Shown: positions 12,230 through 24,689 of the stretch, one piece after another
Position numbering within the stretch: the first letter of the stretch is position 1
Layout: every line of letters begins with the position of its first letter
Program-made: the position numbers and the translations under genes
Notes under the pieces: model-generated
Told to the model about the DNA's origin: nothing
What the model saw: the letters and a program-made list of their open reading frames with translations, nothing else
Database searches by the model: none
Source: Mobula hypostoma
Lineage: Eukaryota
DNA: 64,000 bases
Direction: 5' to 3'
NCBI RefSeq assembly: GCF_963921235.1
Contig: NC_086097.1
Coordinates: 195,488,001-195,552,000, forward strand

Positions 12230-12860
12230 AGGGGGAGGTACAGGAGCCTAAGGAACACACATTCGGTGTTTCAGGAACAGCTCTTCTCCTCCACCATCAG
12301 ATTTCTGAATGGACAATGAACCCATGTACACCATCTCAATGTGTTTTTTTTAATTTTCTTGCTCTCTTTTAGCATTACTTATTTAGTTAAATTTTTTAAT
12401 ATTGTGACACTCTGGGGGCATGGTCGACAACTTGCCCAACATTCCTAGTGGCCAGCACTACTTATTGTTCTTGTTTTAAATTGTGTTCATGGAATTATGG
12501 TGAGATGTTTAAGTTTATTTATTGTTACATTTTAGCTCATATTATACAGTTGTTCTTTTGTGCATCTGTGTGCCACCCTGAATGTAACTGGGTTGTGTAA
12601 TAGCCACCTCCGCGCCTGTATGTGACTGATTTAGTTCTCGCCGAGCTATGGCCCTCTGTCTGTTATTGTGCTTGTTGCAGTAAAAATGGCAGTTGAAGTA
12701 AATGGGCTCTTCTCATGTCATCATGGACTAAATGCTCGCCACAATATATTTACAATCGTAACTTATTGTTTTTTATTATTATATATTGTAATATATTACT
12801 GCTGCAAAACAACAACTTTCAAAACATACGGCTGTGATATTAAACCTGAAGCTGACTCAA
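12230..12860 (+). mobile_element. Rex1/Babar-like LINE 3' fragment interrupted by a solo LTR
   Basis: GGAGGTACAGGAGCC..CAGGAACAGC..CCATCAGATTTCTGAATGG matches other copies (42355-42440). The 3'UTR resumes after 12743. Confidence 0.6.
12403..12743. mobile_element. Solo LTR (341 bp) with 4-bp TSD, Gypsy-like
   Basis: TGTGAC...GCCACA termini with ATAT on both sides (12399-12402 and 12744-12747). Confidence 0.7.
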
Positions 12861-12989
12861 ACATAGTGGTAATTAGTTAAAACTACTGCAAGAATTTCTA
12901 CACAGAATTGATCTGCTCAAAAGTAATAAGTAAAATTCCTCAAGGGCAACAGCAAGGGAAAGAAATTGGAACAAATAAAAGCAAATGAT

Positions 12990-14700
12990 AGAAATGCAAA
13001 ACAAAATCAAAGGATGCTAGAATTTCTCAATAAGTCAGGAAGCATCGCTGAGAAAAGGAACAGAATTAATATATCACAACAAGGGCACTTCATTAAAACT
13101 GGAAAAGTGAGAAAACAAATATTTGAAGAGGGGTGCAGCGTGGAGGAAATGGAGGGAATATTTTTGATGGGATTCAGACCAAAGTTTTCAATTTAATAAT
13201 CTCTATAAAAACCAATAAATGGAGTCAGAAGAAAAAGAAATAAGTTGAGAGAGCAGAGTATAACCATGTCTGTGGAGAGAAGGGAAAAGGGAGTTGCAAA
13301 TGAAAATTTTAAAATCCACTATTGAGATCCAAGGTACTCGGATGAGCTGGTCTTTGACAAATTTGTTGGAACATTGTACGAGGCCAACCACAAAGAGTTC
13401 AGAGTGAAAATGGTGTGAAGAATTAAGGAAACGGGCAACTTCAGCCTCAGGGTTGCCATGACATGATCAACATTTACTTCTCCCATGTAGAGAAGACCAT
13501 GTTGGAAGCAGCACAAGTAAATTGTTGCTTTACCTGAAAGGATAGTTGAATCACTGAATGGAAGGGCTAAAAAGCCGGGTGCTGCTTTTCCTGTAGAGTC
13601 CTATGAGAATATATGTACTTGGTGAAGATGATAAAGTACAGCACAGAACCACAGAGAACAAATACTTTGCAATACTGAAAGGCAAGGGCAGGACAAGAAA
13701 AAATGTCTGGTGGTGGAACGCATTGGAAGTGAAGAATTATTGGAGGATGATGAGTTGAATGTAGCGGTCTATGGAGTGGAGAAAAAGGGGAACCCTATTC
13801 ATGTTCTGACAGGGTGGAATAGAGTTGAGAGAATGGTGAGAACTAAAGGAGATACAATAATAAGACTTGCCAACTATAGTAAAGGGAATATTAAGGAAAA
13901 GGGAAAACATAAAAGAGGCACTCATGGAAATTCATGTTATCAGAACAGATGGAGAGATGGAGAAAGTGGGAGAATGGAATGGAGCTCTTACAGGAAGCAG
14001 CATGGGAGGAAGTGTGAAATGGAATTAGAAATGTCAATGGCCACGTGTACCAATAGTCACATATAGACCATGAAAAAGTGAAATCAAAGTAAAAATTGAC
14101 ACATAGGTGAGTAGAGATTACAAAATAGTGAAGGGTGAAAAGGATGAAGAGGATCAAGAACTGTTGAAGTCTGACATCTTTGCCATCTGAATGAAAGTAA
14201 TAAAGTATTTTTGTAGAAACATACAGGACTCGGACAGCTTTGAGACAGAATGAGCTAATGGTATTTTTGTAATAGATCAAGAGCATACAAGAGTTAGTGA
14301 ATGGATTTCAGGATGTGATGAGAACAGTGAATAGAGAAACACAGGGTAGTTTGAAATATGAAGAGTTCAAATTCAGGTGGAATCCACAAAGAATATGTTG
14401 GAAAGATGGACAGAGGTGATATCAGAGAGAAGAGTACAACTTCTTCAAATTGAGCATTTCTGGAAGAGAAGTTCCAATGAATTAAATAAAACTTCAGATG
14501 CTGGAAATGCAAAACAAAAGAGAAACTGTAAGAAGCATATAATAGGTTAACTATCATAGTATATATAGAGAGAGAGAGTGCTTCCGGTCAAGTAGTCTTC
14601 ATCAGAACTGGAAAAGTGAGAAAAACGGGTCAAGTGGCAGGGAAGAGGAGAAGGAGGCGATGAGGGAATGTCTGTGATAAAGTGCAGCATGAAGGATACA
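12990..14700 (-). mobile_element. Penelope-like element remnant, heavily decayed
   Basis: The minus strand near 13470-13530 encodes ..CCFQHGLLYMGEV, resembling the YIG half of a GIY-YIG motif. Similar terminal blocks (CATCAGAACTGGAAAAGTGAGAAAA) occur at about 13090-13115 and 14600-14625. Confidence 0.55.
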
Positions 14701-15760
14701 GTCCAGTTTGTATTCCTAATTTTTCTTCTCTGCTTGATTAATACTGCAGCCTTTAAAGTCTCTCTCCCATGCTTTACCTTCTGTTAAATGGGTTTCGGGA
14801 GTGCACTGGGAGCGGACCCAAATGCAAGACGCAGACACTGAAGTACTAGGAACAGGACTAGGTGTGTCAAGAAAGCTAGGGAAGTGGGGAAGAAACGACA
14901 CTGGACAAGACACAGGCCCTGGATGAGACTAGGATACAGGGCCTGGGCTAGGACTAGACTAGGAAAGCGGGACCTGGACGAGGAACAAGGAACTTGGAAC
15001 CTGGGCAAGGACTCCGAGCCAGAGACTGGACAGGGACCCAGAACCTGGGTCCTGACTCGGGCCTGGACTCTGATCCAAGCGAGGACAAGACATGGCAAGG
15101 CAACAGGACCGGACGTGGCAGCAGAACGCGGAACTCCTGGGCAGGACGCAAAACCAGAACTGGATGAGGACACAAAGCTAAGACTTGGACTTGGGAGACT
15201 GGAACGCAGAACCTTGGAAATCTTGGGAGACAGGAACGCAGAACGCAGAGCCTTGGTCTTGAGAGACAGGAACATGGAACACAGAGCTGGGACCCCTCCA
15301 GGATATAGGGTCGGGAATCATACACAGAATGCTGAACATAACGAGACAGTTCCCAACACAAGGTAGCGGCAAACAGCCAGACCTACCTAGCGAAGGTGTG
15401 GACACAAAGATGGTTCCCAACGCAAGGTAGCGGCAAACGGCTGGACCTACCTAGCGAAGGCATGGACACAGACAGTTCCAAACAATGAAAGACAGTTCCT
15501 TATCTAGACACAGCAAGGCTCTGGTCTTGCTCCGGCGGTAGAACTTGACAGCGATAATAGGCGAGGATGCAGGCGAGGCTTCAGGTGAAAGGTAGCACGT
15601 GAGGCTACAGCCAAAGGCTACAAAAGGAAGGGAGGGGAAGGGAACAATCCAGCAACTGAAACTTCTTCTTCTCTTTCTTTGAGTTTTTATGGCAGTTGGC
15701 ATCCACACTGCCTCATTACTGCCTTCTTCAGGATTTATTGTCCCTCATTGTCCATTCACT

Positions 15761-18700
15761 TTAAAGCCGTCTTTCCAGTCCCATCGCCCCTAAAAAACTA
15801 AGCAACCATTTCCTCCCCTGTTCACTCTCCCCACATTCCAACAAACCTTTAACACTGTTCTTTACCAGTCCTATTTTGCGTAATTGTTGTAATATTTGTT
15901 GCCTCTCCTGTGCAAATTTCCGGCATGAAATAAGGATATGTTCTACTGTTTCAGTCTCCTGACATAGATTGCAAAAACCTGTTGGATGTTTATTTATAAT
16001 GGCCAGAGTGCCATTCAGGTTGCTGTGCCCAATTCTCAGTCTACTTATAATTACTTGCTCCTTCCGCTTTCCTCCCCTACTTCTTCCCATATCTACTCTG
16101 TTCTGAATTGAATGTAAATGTCTTCCGTTTATTGTTCTATCCCAATGCTGCTGCCACTGTTGATTTATCCTTCTCCACACTATGCTCTTCCCCTCTGATT
16201 TTGATAGTTTAATATTGACCTCTATAGATCCTTTTTTGACTGCTGCTTTTGCCAGCCTATCTGCTGTCTCATTTCCCATAATACCCAAATATGCTGGAAC
16301 CCACATGAATGCAATATTTTTGCCTTGTCTAGTCAGCCTTGAATTTGCAAACAGGATTTCATAAAGCAGATCCTGGTGATCTCTTATGAAATTATGAAAT
16401 CTCAAGATTTCATAAAGCAGATCCTGGTGATCTCTAGCTGTACCCGCCTTAATGCTTGCAAGGGCCGATACAGAATCGCTACATATCACAATATTATTAC
16501 AACCAACCTGCTCCCTCCATTCTAGTGCTAACAATATGGCAAGCATTTCAACTGCATATATACTCAAGCAATCAGGTGTTTTCTTGCTTATTTCCACTTG
16601 ATAACTTGGTACAACAATTGCAGATTCTGTTGCACCTGTTTCTGAATCCTTTGATCCATCTGTAAAAATCTGTATGCCTTTATATTTACATCCCCTATAA
16701 CTATGATATTCACCGAGTATATCAGCCGTCTTATTACTGTGTTTAATCTTAAGCAATTCCAAATCTACAGAGGGATTTTCTAATATCCAGGAAGGTCTGA
16801 CAGGCCACTTCACACTTGGACAAAACTCTTTATCGCATACACCCATATCTTTTGCTGTTTGCTCTCCTGTCCAGCCAAAATTTTCTTTTTGTGTCCTCTC
16901 CTTCTCCCAGCATGTCTGCAACACCCTTTTTGTAGGATGGCTATCACCATGTCCCCTTAAATTAATCCAGTAATTGGCCTCCAGCTGTTTACACCACAGC
17001 CTCAATGGCATTTCATTTGCTTCAACTTGGAGTGCACACACTGGGTAAGTTCTAACCACTCCCAAACACACCCTTAGAGCCTGAGGTTGCACGATATCCA
17101 GTTCTGCCAGCACAGATTTTGCTGCTGACCTGTATACAATACTTCCATAGTCTAATCTTGATCTTATTAATGCGAAATAAATATACTTCAGTGATGCAAA
17201 ATCAGCACCCCATTCCAATCCAGCAAGACACCTCATGACATTTACCACATTTTTACATTTAGTAACTGCATATCTAACATGTTCTCTCCATGTTAATCTC
17301 AAGTCAAAGTGCACTCCCAAAAACTGAAAACTTTCAACTCTCTCCAGGTTACTTCCATACAAATTCAAATTAAGTCCCCTGAACTTCTTCCTTGTAAAGA
17401 ACATGGCTTTTGTCTTCTCCACAGAAAATTTATCACCCCACTTTGTCCCCCACTCTTCAACTTGATTAATTACATCTTGCATTTTCATAACTATATGTTC
17501 AATATTTCTCCCTCTTTTCTACAAAGCCCTGTCATCTGCAAACAATGACCTCCCCACTTCTGTTGAATATTTACGAATATATCATTTATCAAAATGGAGA
17601 ATAAAGTTGGACTCACTACACTCCCCTGAGGCATCCCATCTTCTACAACATACTGGCTTGATAGCTCTGATCCTATCTTCACCTGAATAGTTCTCTGGTT
17701 TAAAAAGTCCTTAACCCAATTGAAAATCGCCCCCCCCCCCCGATTCCCATTTAAATGTAGCTTGATTAGGAGCCCCTCTTTCCAGAACATATCATAAGCT
17801 TTCTCAACATCAAAAAAAAACTGCAACCACTGTCTCTTTATTTACTTGAGCTTTTCTTATTTCATCCTCTGGACACAACACTGGATCCATAGTATTCCTT
17901 CCTTTCCTGAACCTGCTTTGATACGTAGCCACCATACCTCTACTTTCCAAGAAGTACACTAACCTCTCATTTATCATATATTCCGTAAGTTTACATACAT
18001 GTGACATCACGGCAATTGGCCTGTAGTGTTCTGGCCTGCTGGCATCTTTCCCAGGTTTCCTTATTGGAATAATTATTGCTTCTTTTCAGCTCCCTGGTAT
18101 TTTCCCTTCATCCCAGACTTTGTTATACAGAAGCAGTAGTTTCTCCAGACTTCCTTCACTCAAGTGTTTGATCATACTATAACATATCTCATCTTTACCT
18201 GGCACAGTCTTTCCTGTTTTATCTAGTGCCTTTCTTAATTCTCCCATGCTGAAAGGGACATCTTGCACACCGTCAAGGTTAGTTTTCCTACATAAAGCAT
18301 CCATATTTTCAGTTTTTGTTCTCTCTCTCTAACTCTTCTTCCCTTCTCAGACAAATTATCAGAACTATGTACCATAACAAAAGTGTTTGCCAACAACTCT
18401 GCCTTTTCCTTATTTGTTACTGCAGTCACATTTCCATCAACCAGAACTGGGTACCTCCACTCTCTCCTGTTCCCTCCCATCCTTTTTATCATCTCCCACA
18501 CTTCTCCTACTTGAATTGTGTTTCCGATTGAATCACAATACTTTCTCCAGTGTGTCCTTTTAGCATGTCTTATTGTCCTCCTTACTACTGCCTGAGCTTG
18601 TTTGTAGAATCATATGTTGGAAGTTATGAATTCTTTTAACCAGTTTAAATGCCTTATTTCTATTTCTCACTGCTTCCTTACAATTATAATCCCACCATGG

Positions 18701-19561
18701 TACTATTCCCTTCTTTATTCTTCCTTTACTTTCAGGAATGGATTCTAATGTAGCTGATTTTATACCTTGTTTTAATATGCTGTCAAATGTTTCTATATCC
18801 ATTCCATCACTGACCTGACTTAGATATCTGTCACTTTTTTTCCAGAAATTTCTCCCAATTAGCTTTTTCAAGGATCCATTTCCCATCTGTATTCTCTGTG
18901 ACCAATGAGGCGGAAATATTTATCTTGCACCAGTTTGGGTAATGATCACTCCCTACAGTTCCTTCTTGGTACAGTAACCAATCACACACTGATGCAATGG
19001 AGTTTGATACTAATGTAAGATCAAGCACAGATTCTTTACCTGTATTAACATCAATTCCAGTACTACTACCATCTTTTAGGCACACTAAATACTTCTCATC
19101 TAGCAACTCCTCTATTACCTGACCATTGATGTCTGTTCTGTCACTCCCCCTTAATACATTATGTCCATTAAAATCACCACACCAAACAACGTTACTACTA
19201 TTCTGCCCTTCTATCTCCTCAAGCTTGTTTTACTCTAGTCTTTTGCATGAATTATAATAATTCACAATCACCAACTCTTTCCTTTCAGCCCATACTTTTA
19301 CTACCACATACTCTTGTTCACTTCCTATACCTAGTATTCTATAAGGAATACCTTGCTTTACATAAGCTGCACATCCTCCTCCTCCCCCCCTCTCCTGTCT
19401 CGCCTTACTGCCTCATAACCATATAAAACAAAATCTAAATTAGGTTTTAACCAAGTCTCCTGGATACACACATCTGGCTTTTCTCTCCTACTAGCTATAA
19501 ACTGCTTGAAATCTTGTCCATTAGCAATCAGGCTTCTTGCATTCCATTGAAGAAGTAGCAT
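15761..19561 (-). pseudogene. LINE ORF2: AP endonuclease, reverse transcriptase, RNase H and C-terminal CCHC; several frameshifts
   Basis: MLLLQWNARSL..CIQETWL and GSDHYP (APE); FFDVEKAYD and GMPQGSVVSP (RT); IFTDGSK, AVEMLAI, ICSDSVS, WVPAYLGIMGNETADRLAK (RNase H); CNLCQETETVEHILISC. Confidence 0.92.
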
Positions 19562-19572
19562 TATTAGTAATA

Positions 19573-20890
19573 TCAGCCCACACATACTGTCTCTTGACTT
19601 GACTGTACCCTGAGTTCATCATTTACTTCTTCCCATTTTAATCCTATCATATCCAAATGGTGCTCTGCACTTTTCACAATAATCTGAATCCTTTCAGGTT
19701 TAGATTTGATCTCATAAGTTTTGTTTACCACTCCTGTTATAAAGGTCACCAATTTCTTCTTCGCTATCCATGCATTCTTCTTATCTTGCCTTTCTTTAGC
19801 TGCCGCTTGCTCTTTGCTACATCCTCCCTCATTCATTTTCTTCTGTCCTGCCAACTTGACTGCCTCAGCATATGAGACTTTTTCCTTCACCCTTATCTGC
19901 TACACCTCCACCTCTTTTTTTCAACACTTCACTTCAAATTACAGCAATTTGGTCTCACTCTCTCTCCACATTTTCCATATTCATGTTCCCCATCACACCT
20001 TGCACATCTTCTCTTTCCTTTGCACACTTTGGCCGCGTGTCCAAACTCCTGGCAATTGAAACACCTCATAGGTTTTGGTTAAGGCAGGTTCGATGTTGTC
20101 ATTTAAAGTTAAATTAGACAGCTATATCGACAGGAAAGGAATGGAGGATTATGGGCTGAGTGCAGGTCGGTGGGACTATGTGAGAATAAGAGTTTGGTAC
20201 AGACTAGAAGGGCCGAGATGGCCTGTTTCCATGCTGTAATTGTTATATGGTTATATATTCTCTTACATTGTATCTTAGAAATCCAATATATAACTCCTTT
20301 GGAGGCACCTTATCCTCAAATTCTACCAGAACAGTTTCAGTCTCCCTTTTCTCTGCTCCCATTGTCATTTTTTTCACACTTTCCACTGAACTATTCCTCA
20401 CCCTCAAGTTCTCCACTAGCTCCTTCATATTAACACTGAGGGGAAACCCAGAGACCATCCCTTTGCAACCATTGACCCTTTGTGCTCCAAGTCTTACAAC
20501 CCAGCACACTTTGACTTTCCCAATATTAGTCACCTTCATTGCCTTCTCCATCTGCTCTTCAGTTTTACATCCTATCAACAGGTTTCCATCTCCTAAAATT
20601 CTTGCATAGCTCACTTCCCCTATTTGTCTTCTGATGATTTTTGTTAGCTTAAGCGGATCGATTTTCTTTACTCCCCCTTCCCCCTCAAATCTTACCAGTA
20701 CATTTAGCAATTTTGCCCTCAGACCCTTCTCCTCAACTTCTTTTCCATTACTTTCCAATCCACCTACACTAGACCCACCTCCTTTCTTTCTCTTCCAATC
20801 CATCACCTTCCTGTTCTTAGTCCCTCTCCCCACATCTTCCCACTCAAACTCCGTGCTATTGCTGTCACTATCAGTCTCCCTCCCTGCCAT
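19573..20890 (-). pseudogene. LINE ORF1, gag-like nucleic-acid-binding protein, disrupted
   Basis: ORF 20243-20890 continues past a CR1 insert as PKPMRCFNCQEFGHAAKVC..CARCDGEHEYGKC (two knuckles, a third truncated), then ..SYAEAVK..ETVCVG*. Confidence 0.88.
20081..20256 (+). mobile_element. CR1-type 3' end fragment inserted in LINE ORF1
   Basis: ..GACTAGAAGGGCCGAGATGGCCTGTTTCCATGCTGTA with a TTATATGG-type tail. Removing it rejoins the ORF1 sequence VREY/PKPMRC. Confidence 0.8.
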
Positions 20891-21274
20891 CCTATTAGAG
20901 CTTGCAAGGAATCATGTACGAATATCATTCCAGACCTAAACAGGTCAATATTCCCACAGAATGTCCCCCACAACACCCCAGCAGTTCCAGCGCCTCCTCA
21001 GCAAATCCAGCCAGCCCAAAAACCAGCTGCCAGCTAAGCACAGCCAGAATCCCACTGCCAGCAACTCGCCAACCGCCCCCGCTTTACACAGCCAGCAACT
21101 GAAGCTGAACCCAGGAGCTGTTTATGTAGCCAGCCCAAACTGAGAATCATGTGCCTCAATTAAGAAACCAACAGAACAAGGGAAAACCAGAAAACCTGGA
21201 ATAAGGATCGATAGACCGGTCCGTGAACCAGAATGCAGACTTCACAGACCAGACCATGACACCTTCATAAGAGC

Positions 21275-22160
21275 CTAAGACATAGGAGCAGAATTAGGCC
21301 ATTCAGCCCATTGAGTTTTTTCCTGCCATTCCATCATGGCTGATACATTATCCCTCTCAATACATTCTCCTGCCTTCTCCCCATAACTATAAGATATAGA
21401 AGCTGAATTAGGCCATTTGACCCTTCGAGTCTCTCCACGATGACTTTTGATGCACTGACTAATCAAGAGCTTATCAAACTCTACTTTAAATATACTGAAT
21501 GGCTTAGCCTCCACAGCTATCCATGGCAATGAATTCCACAGATTCATTACTCTCTGGCTGAAGAAATTCCTTCTTATCTCTGTTCTAAATGGACATCCCT
21601 CTACTCTGAGGCTGTGCCCGCTGGTCCAAAACTCCTTCACTATCCACTCCACATCTGCTCTATCGAGAACTTTCTATATTCAATAGGTTACAATGAGATT
21701 CCCCCTTCATTCTATGAAACTCGGGTGATTGCAGGTCCAGAACCATCAAATGCTCTTCAAATATTAATCCTTTTCATTCCTGGAATCATTCTCCTGAAAC
21801 CCCACTGGACTGTCTCCTAGGTTAACACATCTTCTCTTCGATAAAGGGCCCAAAGCTGCTCACAAAACTCCAAGAGCGGTATGGCCAATGCCTTATAAAG
21901 CCTTAGCATCACATCCTTGTTTTTGTATTCTCGCCCTCTGGAAATGAATACCATCTCAAGACCATTTCATACACTTATCTTCATAACGTCTACAAAGCCA
22001 ATAATTCCATCATCTAACTCATAGATATATAACATGAAGAGAGGTGGTCCTAACACCGACTACTGCAGAAATTCACTAGCCCCCAGCAGCCAACCAGTAA
22101 AGCACCCCTTTATTCCCACTCTTTGATTCCTGCCAGTCAACCAATCTTCTATTTATGCAA
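21275..22160 (-). mobile_element. CR1 LINE 3' fragments with two stacked 3' ends
   Basis: ORF 21275-21652 (GHSLRVEGCPFRTEIRRNFFSQRVMNLWNSLP). The 3'UTR motif GAATTAGGCCATT occurs twice. Confidence 0.8.
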
Positions 22161-22259
22161 GTTCTAAAATTGCTTTTGAAGGGAGTTTTACATAAGGTGT
22201 CAAGAACTTCTAGCAATTTGTTACATGCTGCAGAACCTGGCTATCATGAAAGATAATTT

Positions 22260-24272
22260 GATTAGAAAGCTTAAGGTAAAGGAACCCTGAGGAGGCAGTA
22301 ATCACAATATGATGGAATTCACCCTACAGTTTAAGAAAGAGAAAATGAAATCAAATGTATCAGTATTACAGTGGAGTAAAGGGAATTACAGAGACATGAG
22401 AGAGAAGCTGGTAAAGTTGATTGGAACAGGACACTAGCAGGGATGATAGCAGAACAGCAATGGCTGCTGTTTATGGGGGAAATTCAGAAGGCACAGGAAA
22501 GATCCATCCCAAAGATGAAGAAATATTCTGAAGGCAGGATAAGGCAACTGTAGCTGACAAGGGAAGTCAAAGGCAGCAAATAAGGAAAAGACAGGGTATA
22601 TAATATAGCAAAAATTAGTCTTTTTTCAGATATATAAAGAGTAAAAAAGACAAGTGGATATCAGAATGCTTCAAAATCATGCTGGAAAAAAGTAATAATT
22701 GGGAACAAAAATGGTCGAGGAGCTTAATAAGCTTTTTAAATTGGTCTTCGCTGTGAAGACACTAGCAGGCTGCCAGAAATGTGGGAGTGTCAGGGGGCAG
22801 AAGTGAGTGTCATTTCTATTACTAAGGAGAAGGTACTTGGGAAGCTGAGCAGCTGAGTAGATAAGTCACCTGGACCAGGTGGACTACACTCTGGGTTCTG
22901 AAAGAGGCAACTGAAGAGATTGTGGAGGCATTAGTAATGATCTTTCAAGAATCACTGTATTCTGGAATGGTTCCTGAGAACTAAAAAATAGCACATTACT
23001 CCACTCTTTAAGAAGGGAGGGAAGCAGAAGAAAGGCCAGTTAGCCTGATTTGAGTGGTTGGAAAGATCTTGGTGTCTATTATTAAGAATGAGGTTTTGGG
23101 GTACTTGAAGGCACATGATAAAATAGGCTAAATTCAGCATGATTTCCTAAAGAGGAAATCTTGCCTAACAAATCTGTTGGAATTCTTTGAGGAAGTAACA
23201 GGTAGGATAGGCAAAAAAGAGTCAATTGAGGTTGTTTACTTGGATTTTCAGAAAGTACCACACATGAGGCAGTTTAACATAAAAAGTGGCCATGGTATTA
23301 CAGGAAAGGTACAAGCATAGATAGAAGATTGGCTGATTGCAGGAAGCAAAGAATGGAAATAAAATGGTCCTTCTCTAGTCGGCGGCCATGATTACTAGTG
23401 TGCTGCAGGGGTTGGTGTAGGGCCCGCTTCTTTTCACCTTGTAAATGATTTGGATAAAGGGCAAAGAAGTGGCAGGTAGAATATAATGTAGGGAAATGCA
23501 TGGTCAAGCATTTTGTCAGAAGGAATAAAGGGATAGACTAATTTCTAAACGGGGAGAAAATTTAAAGGGACTTGGGAGTTCTCGTGCAGGATTCCCTAAA
23601 GGTGAACTTGATTGTTGAGTCAGTGGTAAGGAACAGAAATGTAAAGTTAGCATTCACTTCAAGGGGACTAGAATATAAAAGGAAGAATGTAATGCTGAGG
23701 CTTAGTAAGGCATCGATCAGACCTCACTTGGAGTACTGTGAGCAGTTTTGGGCCCCTTATCTAAGAAGTGATGAGCTGGTATTGGAGAGGGTCCAAAGGA
23801 GTTTCACGAGAATGATCCAGATATGAAAGTGCTAACATATGAGAGGAATTTGATTGTTCTGGGCCTATACTCACTGGAATTTAGAAGAATGTGGGAGGAT
23901 CTCATTGCAAAGAGTCGAATATTGAAAGATCCGGATAAAGTAGATGAATAGAAGATGTTTCTAGAAGTGGAGGAGTCTGGGACCAGAGGGCAGAGCCTCA
24001 GAATTGAGAGTTGGGGAATATCCATTTAGAACAGAAATGAGGAAAAATCACTTCAGCCTGTGGAATTTATTGCCACAGATTGCTGAGCAAGTCTAGGAAT
24101 TGGTTATATTTAAGGCGAAAGGTGATAGTTTTGCGATTACTCAGCATATTTAAGATTACAGAGAAAAAGGAGGTGAATGGGATTGAAAGGGATAATAAAT
24201 CAGCCATGATAGAGTAGCAGAATAGACTTGATATGTGCAATGGCTTAATTCTACCCCTATGTCTTATGGTCA
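22260..24272 (+). mobile_element. CR1 LINE ORF2 remnant with internal deletions
   Basis: Homologous to 48560-50990; encodes [15 protein letters not shown]; 3' tail TATGTCTTATGGTC. Confidence 0.85.
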
Positions 24273-24689
24273 TGTAATTATCTGGCCAACATTTAGCTGG
24301 CAAGAAGGCATGAAACAGGTATACCAGGGGATGGAGCAAAAGCAAAAGGAAGTAGAAGAACTGAAAGAGGAAGAATGGGTTCCACACATTAAAAACATTA
24401 TGTGCACAATACAATAATCACAACTTCACCTTCTGTTCCTTAACAATCTCATTTTTTTTGTCTTTTTCTTGTTCATGCAGGGTCATTTTACCATCATTTT
24501 GGCAAATAAAAAATAAAAAAACAATATTAAATGCAGATTTAAACCTAATGTTGAGTTTGCACTTTAAATAATGCAAGAAAGGTCATCATATGGTGCATTC
24601 CTTGATACATATTTTACCATCCTTTGTTTATTTTGCAATTAGGATTGCTTTTACCTGTCTATTACCTTCTGCAGTGTGGACGGGTGGAG

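Larger units (their letters stand above)
15661..21091 (-). mobile_element. Full-length I-group (Nimb-like) LINE, inactivated
   Basis: 12-bp TSD CCAGCAACTGAA (15649-15660 and 21092-21103), a (GAA)n-type 3' tail, a 5'UTR, ORF1 with CCHC knuckles and ORF2 with APE-RT-RNase H. Confidence 0.92.
14782..21261 (-). mobile_element. LTR-like element (same family as 6225-7490, inverted) split by a LINE insertion; own sequence 14782-15660 and 21092-21261
   Basis: TGTTAA...ATGACA termini with a perfect 5-bp TSD CCTTC (14777-14781 and 21262-21266). Both ends are reverse-complement homologues of the 6225-7490 ends. Confidence 0.85.

Noticed and set aside
14784..15420. Several overlapping ORFs of 80-163 aa on both strands
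   Set aside because: They lie in low-complexity repeats of the LTR-like element and are not preserved in the related copy.
15761..17488. 575-aa ORF as a host or domesticated RNase H gene
   Set aside because: It is the 3' part of a frameshifted LINE ORF2 bounded by a TSD, and nothing visible indicates selection on it.
6225..21261. The two related LTR-like copies as the ends of one 15-kb provirus
   Set aside because: They are inverted and diverged, the second has its own TSD, and there is no gag-pol between them.
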